Source of the DNA: Eledone cirrhosa
Lineage: Eukaryota
Length of the DNA stretch: 64,000 nucleotides
Direction: 5' to 3'
NCBI GenBank assembly: GCA_964016885.1
Contig: OZ024741.1
Span: forward strand, 100,006,001-100,070,000
The notes beneath the pieces are model-generated. The model made no database searches, was not told the DNA's origin, and worked only from the letters and a program-made list of their open reading frames with translations. A program made the translations under genes and the position numbers. This document shows, piece after piece, positions 50,512 to 63,668 of this stretch; the stretch's first letter is position 1, and each line of letters opens with the position of its first letter.

Positions 50512-51025
50512 CAGAGTAATTCGTGGTGGCAGGGATGGTCAGTAAGAATGTGTCTGAAAGCAATGGGGGGTATTTTAGCATGTCAAAAGATATTTTTCAG
50601 CTTTTGTCTTATACGGAGAAGTGCGTGTGTGTGTGTGTGTATATATAAGTCTCTTTGTATATTGATGTACGCGTGTACAAAATTGTTTTGACCACAAGAA
50701 TTTTTGCTGGAGCCACTTTTTTTAACATAAAAACAGTCTTGGCGCAAAATCAATTTTTTACATTCACATGACCTCTACCGACCAATCAAAATTGTTTTGA
50801 CCACAAGAATTTTTGCAAATTGGAGCCACTTTTTTTAACATAAAAACAGGTAGAATTCCCAAAACTAATCAGATCAGAGCAAACAGCACGGACACTCAAT
50901 CTCAAAATTATTTTTGAAAAGCATTTAGAAATGCGCAACCGGTAAAAACTTAAAAACTTAAAACCACAACTGAATACTAACCCATACAATCACTAATACT
51001 CTTTTATTCCTAATTAAACCATTTT
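49783..51025. mobile_element. Non-coding foldback element with ~345-bp inverted arms
   Basis: 49783-50127 is nearly the exact reverse complement of 50678-51025; the interior is (TG)n-rich; no TSD identified. Confidence 0.85.
49958..50283. repeat. Three tandem ~108-bp units in the left foldback arm
   Basis: Units start at 49958, 50070 and 50178 (ctgtttttatgttaaaaaagtggctcc...ttttgcgccaaga). Confidence 0.95.
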
Positions 51026-51104
51026 TCAACTGTGAACAATTTGTCAGCATTTTCTATTCCGTTTACCAATATATAATAACTTGTGTGTTACACCTCTATT
51101 CTTT

Positions 51105-51146
<42 letters not shown>

Positions 51147-52060
51147 TGGTGAAGCCAAGGCAAGTTGTTTTTGTGGAAGGTTGGCAGCCCCCATCCATAA
51201 CTTTCCACGCCACCAATGTTGTCCAAATTTGTGCAACGTACAGTTTGAGGAAGTTATACCCAATTCGGACGACGTTTTCAAACGTTTGAAAATGATTTAC
51301 ACTAAAGTTAGACAAAGACCAGATAGTCGTGGGAAATTGGGTCAGTAATTTGGTCTAAAATTCTGTATCGAAACGACAAAACATTTCATGCGAGCATCGA
51401 ACATTCCACTTATATGTCCCCACTATAAACATAAAATAAAATAAAAATTAATAAAATAAGATAAAAGACGCAGTTGATTACTGTGAATTTAAAGCTTGAA
51501 CCAGAACAAATATTTCGTGATACACTCCAACGACGTTGCCTATTCGCTGCCTAAATATATGAAACTACTTAGTTTTCTTTGACACAGTCTATTTTAACGT
51601 AAAAACTTCTACTTATATATTTTCTTTTTTTTTCTAAGTTATAAAATCTTACGTGTATTTGTATTTGCAAATCATATGATTCTTGTTGATATTGTTGTTG
51701 TTGTTTTCTAATAATATTAAATCACTTTCAGTAAGTTTCGAAATAATATTGTTCAGTAGAAATGTTATGCCTTTGATGTTTGTGATTTCCAGCGTTTATG
51801 TTCTTTTTCAATTATCTTAGAACATGTTTGTTTGAAATACATAGACTTACGTATTAAATGTTACTCCATACGTTGATAGAAGAAGGGAAGTTATTTAGTT
51901 ATTTATTTATTTTTAATCTCAATTATTTACAATTGATCGTGGTTTGAGAGGAAACCATCTAGCATCTCTTACATCATATTTGACGGTTAACACAACGAAA
52001 TATTTCATTGTAGTTTCTTCTATTAATCTGTTTAAAATTAGAACACAAGAAACAGCGAAA

Positions 52061-52075
52061 TTGTTATTGTTGTTG

Positions 52076-52122
<47 letters not shown>

Positions 52123-52125
52123 ATT
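52061..52125. repeat. (TTG)n/(TTA)n microsatellite, 5' flank of element C
   Basis: Direct reading. Confidence 0.97.
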
Positions 52126-52329
52126 GGTCTAATCGGACGTATTTTGCTCACTCCCAGTAAGTCGTTTATTTGTCTGTTAAAATTATTTTTGTTAAATATT
52201 TCTTGTTGTGTAAGGGAAATAAGCCCTTAGACTTTGCCCTGTGAAGGGGAAAGTATAATATTTGGGTCTTTTGGCCCAAATATTTGAACTTTTTTTTACA
52301 TGTTAACACATTTACGCAGAAAAAAAAAC

Positions 52330-54308
52330 ATGGCTGAGCCACGCCCTCCAGCGATATGTCTGCTGTCGTGCGACAACGACGTAATAGTTGAGAGGAGCGC
52401 TACAGCGAAATTAACACAAATTGATAACACAAACACCACCACAAACAATGTAAACAAAGACACCAATGATACCAATGAGAACTCTAATTTTGAAAAAAAT
52501 GACAGTAACAGCAACAACGGAAATACAGATAACAAAAAAAAAATAACAAATGCAACAACTATATCAACACCATTAACATGAAAACAAATAGCGACAACAT
52601 CAACAGCAACAATACCAACTTCATCGAGAACAACGGTGGCAACAAAGACAACAATGATAACAGCGACAGTGATAACAACAACACCAACAGGAACAACGAC
52701 AACAACAAAAACAGCTCCAACGAAAACAAGAAGAACACTTTCGCTGCGGCAGCAGCAAAAAAGAGGCCATGCTTCAACATAGACCTCTCAAACAAAGATG
52801 AAAAGTTGGCCCGGGCATGGAAGCTCATCAAGCAAGAGCAAACCTAGCCCAACTTAACTGTCCCGGTAGAAGTTATTGAGGCAGTGGAGCGCAAAACGGT
52901 GCATTATAGATGCATCTCAGCACAAACCAAAAGGGCAGCTTTAATCCCACAAGAAGATGTCGAAGTCGCGCTGAGGTGCATCAGAGAAGACACCCAATAC
53001 ATAGAGAGGGGCAGACAGTACGGCACCATTTCGGTGTTGTTCAAGTCAGAAGCCCTCGCTATGAAACACGCTATGAGTCCTTGCAAAACCAGCAAGGTCA
53101 TAATGTACCACACCCACATGGGAAAAAGAACGGCCCGTCTCCGCATTCCCAGAATCCCACCAGTACTTGACATGGGGTGGCTTCTGGGATGTGTGATTGT
53201 GGAGGGGACGGATACCGTCCCTATAGAAGTGACCAAAACGGCCAGAGAGGAATGGTCCCGGTTGACCTGGAGATCCTCTCCAGATCAGGCCCGAGAATGT
53301 GAAGACAATCCCGGACCAAATCCGCCTTCAGAATGGGACGGTCATTCGCATTATGACCGAAGGCAAAAGGCCGCAGTGTTTTGTTTGTGGGGGAAAAAAC
53401 CCATCTGCGAGCCTTCTGCCGTCAACTGCTGAAAGAGGCAAGGGCTCGAAAGGCCCCACTGCTGCCGACGCCGGCGCGAGGACCACAACCAACACCAGCA
53501 CCAGCAAAACCACCAACAACAACACCAATAGAAAGACCACCACCAACATTGACGAAACAGAGGGAAGAACCGAGAACAGCTGTCAAATTCCCCCTCCCCG
53601 CAAAATACACACACCAATAAAACCATAAAAATACATACAGACACACTTACAGACCCATCATCTACCAGTAGTGAAGATAAGGGAAAACCAAAATCCCCCA
53701 AAATACAAAAAAGGAAACACAAAAAGAAAAAAAAAACTCAACAAAGCACGAAATCACCCCTAATAAAAAACGCAGACACCAGCCACGCAAACATCTCTCC
53801 AACAACACCAACATCAACACCACTATCACCATCACCAGAATCCCCCAAACGCAAACAACCTAAACAGACGCAAGAACAAATATACACACAAACATCTGAA
53901 ACTACAGACACCGCACTCACAACAAACACAGACACAACCGAAACAACACCACCAAAACCACCACCACCACAGGCACGCAAACAAATAAAATCACACCAAC
54001 AAAACATACAAAACTTCGTGCTCGTCAGGAGGGCCAACAAGGAACTGATGGCCCTCGTAGCACGAAGTGAAAATATACAAAAAGAGGGGGACATTTTTAA
54101 ATCGAGCACATTTCGCGTGCCGGAAGATTTGGTTCTGGTGCGAATGTCGATCGATTTATACAAAGAAATACGAGACAGCTTTCCACTGGATGTGGGAACC
54201 CCGAAAGTAAAACCTACTTCAAGACTTTTAAAGAGGTTCCCAAAACAAACCCCACAAACTATGGAGGTCGATCAACCCGACGTTCACAAGAACCCGGAAG
54301 GTAAGTAA
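52330..54308 (+). pseudogene. Element C ORF1, disrupted
   Basis: RGRQYGTISVLF, EGKRPQCFVCG..THLRAFC and C-terminal FPLDVG across several frames. Confidence 0.85.
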
Positions 54309-54340
54309 ACCTTTCCTCTCTCTCTTTTTAACCTGCCAAC

Positions 54341-57300
54341 ATGGCCGTATTAAGAGTAGGATATTCGAGGCCCGGGATCGTCCTGGAAGCAGGGTCACCT
54401 GCTAAACGACCTCAGGTCTCTAGAAATGGATGTAATTGCCGTCAGTGAGACCAGGATTTCCGACACGCTCGCACTAGCCCCCATTTTCGACGACTATCAG
54501 ATCTTTGCATCTGTTAGCCGGCCGGGAATGGGAGGCGGGGTGGCAGTGCTGTTTAGGAAAGGCCTGGATCTCGAGGTAAGGTCGATCTTCCGTGACCCGG
54601 ACGGGAAGTTGGTGGTCCTGGACGTGAACAATAACGAAGGTGGTGCCTTTAGACTGGTGGCCGTCTATGCTCCTACTGGGGCAGGACGGCCGAACTTCTT
54701 TAGACGCCTGGAAGAGTTTCTGGGCTCGCCTCGCCCTTTACTGTTAGCGGGGGACTGGAACGGCATCTTAGACGCCCGCTGGGACTGTGTGGGAGTATCC
54801 TATAGGAACGGGGGATGCAAAGGCCTCAAGAACCAGATCAGCCAGTTCCAACTGTCTGACAGGTACCGACTAGATTTCCCTAATGCGCCAGTGTGGACCT
54901 GGGCTAACCGCATAGGGTCATCTAGATCGTATATAGACAGGATATTCATTAGGAAAATAGACAGAAATAGTGTAAGCTGTCCACGTTTTGAAACGGTCGA
55001 CTATTCAGATCACAAGTTTGTGATCTGTATGGTCGACCTAGATAAGACGCGTAGGTTAGGACCTGGTTACTGGAAGCTAAACATGTCATTTCCGGCACGT
55101 AACGCGTACAGGGACAAGGTAAACTATTTAGTTAAGAAAAAGTTGACAGGGGGAGTCGTCAACAATAGATGGTGGAGGGCTCTCAAAAGAGAGATTAGAG
55201 GAATGTCGATAGAGTTTAGCAAAGAAGCAGCGTTAGAGAAAAATAGAAAGGAGGAGAGTTGGTAGATAAGTTAGACGATGCTATGGGTAGTGGCATTGCA
55301 ACTGACGTGTTAGCGGCGAGAATGGTATTAGACCATTTCTTCAATGCGAAACACGAAGGCTCCATTGTCAGAGCTAAGGCGCGTGCTCTGAGAAACGAGG
55401 GAACCAAAGCTGTTCGATGCACCCACGCGGCAGAGGCGCGGCGTGGTAATAAATCTACGATTCGGCTTTTGACGGACCGAGACGAACACGAGCTGAGCGA
55501 TTCCAAGAGGATGTGTGAGGCCTTTCGCCAACATTTTGCTCGGTTGTTCGGTGGAAGTGGCGGGTCAGAGATGGTGGCGGACTTCAGTCCCTACCTCGAT
55601 GGCTTGCCGCAACTCTCGACGGCTGACGCTGGGCGCTGCGAAAGGACAATTACTTCAGCCGAGATTCAGGATGCCCTTGTCGGCTGCATGAGGCGCAAGT
55701 CACCCGGTTTGGATGGTCTGCCCTACCACTTTACCTAAATATGCCAGACTTGTTCTCCAATCTCCTCGAAGCCCTCTACTGCAACTGGCAGCAAAACGGG
55801 AGTATTCCCAGTTCTGTGAGCCGGGCGTAGTGACGCTGATAAGGAAAGACGAGAACAAGAGGGACACATTAGACAATTTCAGGCCCATAACTCTGCTCAA
55901 CATATAGTTTAAGATTTTGACCAGGGTGCTAGCGAAGAGGTTGGCGCTTGTCGTCGGGGATTTGGTTGGGGAGGCGAAAACTTGCGCAATCCCAATCAGG
56001 TCCATACACGAAAACCTCCACCTAATGCGATACATCATAGAGAGGGTAGGGTGTAAACCTGGCTTCGGTGGGGCTCTGATCAATTTAGATCAATCGAAAG
56101 AATTCGATAGGGTCGACCATCGGTACCTGGAGGCTGCCCTCAAGGCGGCTGGCTTCGGCTCCGTCTTCAGAAGCTGGATCGCTGCAATGGACAGCGGCAC
56201 CTGCTCGAAGGTAAACATTAATGGCCGCCTCTCGGAACCGTATCAGGTCTCCCGATCGGTACGTCAAGGGTGCCCTCTCTCCTCCCTTCTGTACGTATTG
56301 ACTCTGGAGCCTTTACTGCGGAAGCTGGAGCTGTTGCAGGGCATCCCGTTCGAACCGGGACGCGGAAAGGCTGTGTCGGCTTATGCGGACGACACCACCG
56401 TGATGGTGTCGGACACCTCAGAAATGGAGGTGGTCGGCAACTTATTGGAGGAATATGAAAGGTTGACGGGAGTAAAACTTTACCCGGAAAAGTCGGTGGG
56501 CTTGCAACTCGGCACCTGGAGAGGCAAGTCCGTGCCGTCCAACAGCGTGGTTAGGCGCTGGACGGTCGGACCGGTAAAGTTTCTAGGGGCTTGGTTTGGG
56601 CCAGATCTCCAGGTGGATAAGAATTGGGACGAAGTGACGGGCAGGGTAGCCAGTGTCACCCAGAAATGGGCTGGGATGAAGCTATCACTGAAAGGTCGGG
56701 CGGAGGTGGCGAACGCGTACATCGCGTCCGTCATCTACTACCGTCTGACTGTCGTCCCTTGCCCCCGTTTGCGCCTCGCCATCTTGGAGCGGCTCCTCTT
56801 CAAATTCTTGTGGAGGGGCCAGATTCCGCTGGTGAGGCGGTCCATCTGCAGCCAGCACCCTCTACGTGGAGGGTTGGGCATGCCGTGGCTAATGATGCGC
56901 AGGCACGCGCTGAGGCTGCGGCATCTCCAGATATTCTGCCTAAACGGTGAACAGGTGTGGTCGCCGTTTGTCAGACGGGCCTTCCGCAGCTAGTTTCTTT
57001 GACTGAGCTGCAGTCCTGGGTCAAGAAGAGACCGAGACTTGGTGACTGGCATCTGGAATGTTGCCAGGCACTCACTGCCCTCTACTAGGCGGGCAATGCG
57101 GTCAGTGGATCTTCCACTCTCGAGTTCTATAGAGGATTAGTGGGTGGAAAGTGCGACCACGCACTCGGAGAGGCTCTGGGAGTCAACGAAGTCGAACTAA
57201 CCAGTCTGTACCGGAGGACTTTCGAGCCGGCGACGATGGATAATTTCCAAAAATCCATCGCTTGGCAGTGCTACCGGGGGGCACTGCCAGTTCGAGATAA

Positions 57301-57755
57301 ACTCTACAGGCACGGAAGTGCTGTCAGACGTGCCTGCCCTAGATGAGCGCAGAGCGACGAAACCGTTCTGCACGTACTCGTCCAGTGTCCGTGCATTACT
57401 GGCTTGTGGAGTTATATTAAACAGCTGTTGTCGCGTGTAGAACGGATCCGGCTATCGGCCGAGTCCATAGTGAAGATCGACAAGCCGCCTTCTTTTGGCC
57501 AGGAAGGGCAGGCACTTTTCCTCTCTCTGGTGGCAGTAGCGAAAGAGGATGTATGGTGGACGAGGTTGAAAGGACTGAAGACAGACACTTTTCTCTTCGG
57601 CCAATCCCTCATCAACTTTTTCAAGTTTCACTTGGAAAGGAAGGTGAAGGTGGAGAGAGAAGTGCTTCCCCCTAGTACGTTTGCTGAAAGGTGTGTGAAT
57701 GTGGCGAGAATGGCCCGTGTGAGTCGGCCTACTCTGGTCATGAGGCTGTCGGTAG
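54341..57755 (+). pseudogene. Element C ORF2, disrupted
   Basis: APE (GDWN, SDH) and RT (RQGCPLS, YADD) fragments with stops and frameshifts. Confidence 0.92.
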
Positions 57756-57997
57756 GTAAATTTGTGGAGGAGAGGGTTGCCCTTCCAGGGTGCTCTCGAA
57801 GCGTCGGGTCGTTCAGTATTGAGCGAACCCTGGGTGGTCATACCCCCTATTGGGGAATTTTTTCTTGTAATTTTCTTGTTACTTTATTGTTACTTTGTTA
57901 TTTCATATTGTTTACTCGATTTTTCTGTAAAACCCCACTGTCCCAGTCTTTTGTATTGTCCCCTATATGTCGGCCCTTGTGGCCAATAAATGAAATC

Positions 57998-58018
57998 ATT
58001 ATTATTATTATTATTATT
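57998..58018. repeat. (ATT)7 between elements C and D
   Basis: Direct reading. Confidence 0.97.
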
Positions 58019-58228
58019 GGCGACCTACGTAGGAAATCGTATTATCGTGAGCTCCGCAAAGGTTTGTTATTTCCGTTTGTTTAAAAATTGCCATTTATGG
58101 AACATTTTATTGTTAACTGTTTATAAGCACACATACATTGTTTTCCGAAAAGGACACCTAAAAAGATTGGGGCCTTGTGCCCAAAATTTTAACTTTTATT
58201 ATTATCAAAAAATTTCTTTGAAAAAAAA

Positions 58229-60213
58229 ATGGCTACTTCACCTCTGCACGAAGCAGCTGAAAGCCTTCCTCACAAAATAACACCTCACACCGACACCACC
58301 ATTGTAAATGTTACTACGTTTGCCAACACAAAAAAAAAAATATAAGCAGTAGCAATATTTTAAATTTGTCTCAGGCAGACATTCATTTCCCGCCATTACC
58401 AATGACTGCAGGTGTTAAAGCCTCCACCACCACCACCACCGCGACAACCACCACCACCACCACCACCGCGACAACAGAAACAAAACAAGAAAAAAATAAA
58501 TTAACTCGTGATGTCGAAATGAAATCAAGCAAAATGGTCTCTTCCCCACCAAAGACGACTGACGTCACCACCACAACTGAAACTAAAATTAATATTAACG
58601 ATAGCAACAACAACAACAATGACATTATAAAACCCCCTCTCAGTTTCGCCAGAGTAGCAAAACAATTCGAAGCATTTACCGTAACTCAAGAAGATTTAGA
58701 AAATGCCAAACAAATGGTAAAGAAAGATGGGTACAGGGTCAGCCTCCCCCCCCCCCCCACCTAATAAAATGGAGCATCGGCGCCTATGCACCGTGTCGTA
58801 TAGAACAATAAATGTAAAATCGCGCCGAGTGGAACGGGCATCCGAGTCCCAAATCCAAAAAGCTTTGGGACATGTGTGGGCAAGAAAAACCCACATCAGA
58901 CGTGGGCAAAAGTATGGAACCGTGGATGTGTTCTTTGAAACACCAGAGGAGGCTAGAGAACACTCCATGGCCCCATTAAAAAGTGACGACTTCACACTCG
59001 TCCCAAGCTATTGTGGCCAGAGACTTGTAAAGATCAGGGTGACCCACGTTCCACCGGCCATCGAAATTCCCTGGCTAATAGCGGCTGTCCTCGCCGGCAT
59101 CGAGGCCAGCACGAAAATAATAACAATAGCAAAAGAAAAGCAGGAAAACTGGTCCGGATCTGGGATGGAGCTCCTGATCCAAGCGGACCAAAAAAGCATT
59201 GAGGAGATCCCAGAGGTAATAGACCTCACTGACGGCAGCCACCTCACGGTAATTGTCGAGGGCAGAAGACCTAGGTGTGTCGTTTGTGGTGAAGGAACCC
59301 ACCTAAGGGCCTTCTGCCCTCAGGCTAAAAGGTTGAGGCCACCTCTCCTACCCACCCCAGTGACACAACCATCAACACCACCAGTAGCAGAGATGCCAGC
59401 AACAACTGTAGCAGCAACAACAGAAGCAACTATAACAGCAACAACCCCAGCAACAGTAGCAAAACTAACACCACTACCACCACCAGCAAAACCAACACCA
59501 CCACCACCCGACGCTTCAGAACTAGCACCAGCGCCTACACCATCCACCACACCACAACCAAAACTAACGGCTGTGGAGGATTTTCCACTCCCCGGCCTAT
59601 CACAACTGGAGACAGATTGTGACGACGAGGAGTGGGAAACGATATCCAGAAAAAAAAAAGAAACCAAAAAAGAAAAAATTCTCTTCCTTCCCCCTCCAAA
59701 AACAAAATACAGAGGGAAACAAATAAACTAAGAAACAAAAAAGTTAGGACAGATATGCCACCATCCACACCAGCATCAACAACCCCATCAACCCAAACAC
59801 CAACACCATCACCATCATTAACTCCAACACCACCATCACCTACACCACAAAAGTCACCAAAATGCGAAACAGAAACAAACCCACAACAAACGCAAACAAA
59901 ACAAAACAACCAAAACGATACACACTACACAGCATTAAATTTGAACAAGCAATTATTGCACTACATCCAACACAACACCAGCATCACAGAAAAAGACTAC
60001 ACAACAACCCCAAAATTCACGCCACCTCCACACATACAAATCACTCGCATCACACAGAAAACGTACATGACACTAAAACAAAAATTCCCCAAAGACATCG
60101 GAGACTTCCGACAAGCACTCTCCAGGAGGATTTATAAGGACATCCTTCCTGAGGAGGCCACAAGCAGTGAAAAGGATGGAAAAACCGTCCTTCCCCTACG
60201 AGAAGTAAGGTAA
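58229..60213 (+). pseudogene. Element D ORF1, frameshifted near homopolymer runs
   Basis: RGQKYGTVDVFF, CVVCGEGTHLRAFC and FPKDIG in consecutive frames. Confidence 0.85.
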
Positions 60214-60247
60214 GTGGTCTTTCCCATCTTTTCCACTCCTTTTCAAC

Positions 60248-63200
60248 ATGACCTCACTCAGAATAGGCAGCATAAATGCACGTGGCTTGGGGTCGTCATG
60301 GAAGCAGGGCCACCTGCTCAACGACCTCAGGTCACTAAACATAGATGTAGTGGCCATCAGCGAGACCAGAATCTCCGAAGCACAGGCTTTCGCACCGATC
60401 TTCGGCGGCTACGATGTGTACGCATCTCCCAGCCGTCCGGGATCGGGGGGAGGAGTTGCTGTGCTTTTTCGGAGAGGTTTGGATCTTGCCATACGGGCCA
60501 TCTTCCTGGACCCAGAAGGTAAGTTGGTGGTGCTGGACGTGACCAGCGGAGACGGGCAAGCTTTCAGGTTAGTGGCCGTCTATGCCCCGACAGGAGCAGG
60601 GCGGCCTGATTTCTTCCGGCGTCTGGAGACCTTTCTTGGAACGTCCCGCTCTTTAGTGTTAGTGGGCGACTGTAACGGGATCTTAGATGCACGCTGGGAT
60701 TGTGTGGGATTAGTGGATAGGGAAGGAGGGTGCAAGAGTCTCACCAACCTGCTCAGACGTTTTGAACTGTCTGACAGGTACCGAATGGATTTCCCGAATG
60801 TACCAATGTGGACTTGGACAAATCGCATAGGGTCATCCAGATCATATCTAGATAGAGTATTTTGTAGGGAAATAGATAGGTCTAGCATAGGCTGTCCACA
60901 ATTCAAAATAGTCAGCTACACGGACCACAAAAACCTGATCTGTGTGCTTGACTTAGATAGGCTTCATAGACAAGGACCCGGCTACTGGAAGCTAAACGCG
61001 TCCTTACCAGCGCGCAAGGCCTACAGAGACCGGATTAGCGAACTAGTTAAGCGGGCGTTGACGGGGGCCATCGTCAACAACAAGTGGTGGTTTGCTCTGA
61101 AAAGAGCAATTAGAATAGAGTCCATTAGGTTTAGTAAGACTTTAGCAATAGAGAAAAATAGAGCAGAGGGAGAATTAGTTAGAAAATTAGATGAGGTGCT
61201 TAGCAAAGGCATCGCGACCGACGTACTTGCGGCGAAATTGGCCCTTGACCAATTCTTCAATGCAAAGCACGAAGGCTGCGTTGTCAGAGCTAGGGTGCGT
61301 GCTCTCAGACACGAGGGGACGAAAGCCGTTCAATGGGCCCGAGTGGCGGAGGCGCGTCGTGGCAACAAAGCCACATTCCGGTCTTTGGTGAACCACGACG
61401 GGCGCATGCTACTCGATCCCGGGCAAATGTGTGAAGCTTTTCAGCGACACTTCGCTCAACTGTTCGGGGGCAGTGGCGGGCCGGTTCGAGGGATGGACTT
61501 TAGTGTCTACCTCGACGGACTGCCGCGGCTTTCGGCCACTGAGGCGGAGTGTTGCGAAAAGCCGATAACAACCGCTGAAGTACGGGATGCAATGACTAGT
61601 TGCACAAGGGGTAAATCGCCTGGTTTGGATGGTCTGCCCTATGAATTTTACGTACAAATGCCAAACTTGTTCGGGGGCCTCTTGGCGGACGTCTACTGCA
61701 ACTGGCAATAGAACGGGAGAATTCCCAGCTCTGTGAGCCGAGGAGCGGTGGCGCTGCTGAGAAAGGATCCGAACAAGGGGGATAACATAGATAATTTTAG
61801 GCCCATAACTCTGCTAAACACAGAGTTCAAGATTTTGGCCAAGGTGCTAGCAAAGAGGTTGGCGCTTGTCGTTGGTGGTCTGGTGGGAGAGGCACAGACA
61901 TGCGCCATTCCCGACAGATCCATCCACGACAACCTCCACCTCATGCGATACATCGTAGAGAGGGTAGCTAAGGAACCTGGCACGGGTGGGTCTTTGATCA
62001 ATTTAGATCAGTCGAAAGCCTTCGATAGGGTCGACCATCGTTACCTAGCGGCAGTCCTGAGGGCGGCTGGCTTTGGGCCCGTCTTCAGAGGCTGGATTGC
62101 TGCCATGCACAGCGACATCTGCTCTGTAGTGAGAGTGAACGGTCACCTTTCGGAACCGTTCAACATCATGCGCTCGGTCCGCCAAGGATGTCCCCTCTCG
62201 TCCCTATTGTACGTATTGACTTTCGAGCCATTACTGCACAAACTGGAGACGTTGAGGGGGGGTCCCGCGCGAACTAGGATGCGGAAGATCCGTGTCAGCA
62301 TATGCCGACGATTTCACCGTAGTGGTGTCGAACGCCAAACACATCGAGGCGATCGGCACTACACTAAGAGAATACGAAGCGGTGACAGGAGCAATGATCA
62401 ACCAGGAAAAGTCAGTGGGCCTGCAGCTCGGCACCTGGAGAGGCAGGTCCATGCCGTCCAACAGCGTCGTCGGGCGCTGGACGGACGGACCGGTTAAATT
62501 GCTAGGGGTCTGGTTCGGTCCAGACCTCCAGACGGACAAAAACTAGGACGAGGTGACGAGCAGGGTGGCTTCTCTCACCCAGAAATGGGCCGAGAGAAAG
62601 CTATCCCTGAAAGGTCGAGCGGAGGTGGCGAATGCGTACATCGCATCCGTCATCTACTACCGCCTGACCGTCGTACCTTGTCCTAAGCCCCGCCTGACTG
62701 CGCTGGAGCGTTTGCTCTTTCGCTTCTTGTGGAAGGGACGCGCTCCGATGGTCAGGCGGTCCATCTGCTGTCAACACCCGCTACGTGGAGGGCTGGGCAT
62801 GCCGTGGCTGATGATGCGCAGACACGCGCTCAGGCTACGACATCTCCACCTCTTCCTCGACGGTGATCAGGTGTGGTCGCCGTTTGCAAGACACGTTTTT
62901 CCCCAGCTCGTCTCCTTGACGGAGCTGCAGTCCTGGGTCAAGCGAAGACCGAGAGGGAGCGCTTGGAGACTGGAATGTCTTCAGGCGCTCACAGCCCTCG
63001 ACCAATCGGGCAATGTGATCGGTGGAAACTCCACCTTGGCGTTCTATAGGGGATTAGTGGAGGGGAAGAGCGACGACGTACTTGGAGAAACTCTAGGCGT
63101 CGACGAAAATCAACTAGCCAATCTCTTCGGAAGGACTTTCGGGCCGGGGCCTATGGACAACTTCCAGAAATCCCTGGCCTGGCAGTGCTACCGAGGAGCT

Positions 63201-63668
63201 TTGCCAGTTCGGGATAAACTCTACAGGCATGGAGGTGCCGTCAGCCGGGCATGTCCGAGATGCGCGCAGGGCGACGAAACCGTCCTGCACGCACTCGTCC
63301 AGTGTTTGAGCATTGCTGACTTGTGGGTTTATGTCGAACACCTGCTGTCACGTGTAGGACGGATCCAGCTATCAGCTGAGTCCATCGTGAGGATTGCCCC
63401 GCCCCCTTCCTTTAGCCTGGAAGGGCAGGCAGTTTTTATCTGTCTGGTGGCCATGGCGAAAGAGATAGTATGGTGGACACGTTTGAAAGGGCTGAAGACG
63501 AGCACTTACCTCTTCGGTGATGCCCTGATTAACTTTTTCAAATTTCATTTGAAAAGGAAAATCAGGGTAGAGAGGGAAGTGCTCTCTTCCCAGCATTTTG
63601 TTGAAAGATGGGTGAGAGAAGCAAGTATGGCCCGAATGAATGGGCCTTCTCTGAGTATGTGTCTGTAA
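60248..63668 (+). pseudogene. Element D ORF2, two premature TAG stops and one frameshift
   Basis: Stops at 61709 and 62544, frameshift in the G-run near 62260; otherwise colinear with B ORF2. Confidence 0.93.

Larger units (their letters stand above)
52126..57997 (+). mobile_element. Tx1-like non-LTR retrotransposon C (full length, inactivated)
   Basis: Begins ATT|GG; broken ORF1 and ORF2; AATAAA at 57985, then (ATT)n. Confidence 0.93.

Noticed and set aside
58019-58100. HDV-like ribozyme at the GG-starting 5' ends of C and D
   Set aside because: I could not assemble the nested double pseudoknot by eye; only simple hairpins are visible.
58229-63668. Programmed frameshifting or readthrough in element D
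   Set aside because: The breaks are not shared with B and lie in homopolymers or single-base TAG changes; more likely decay or sequencing error.
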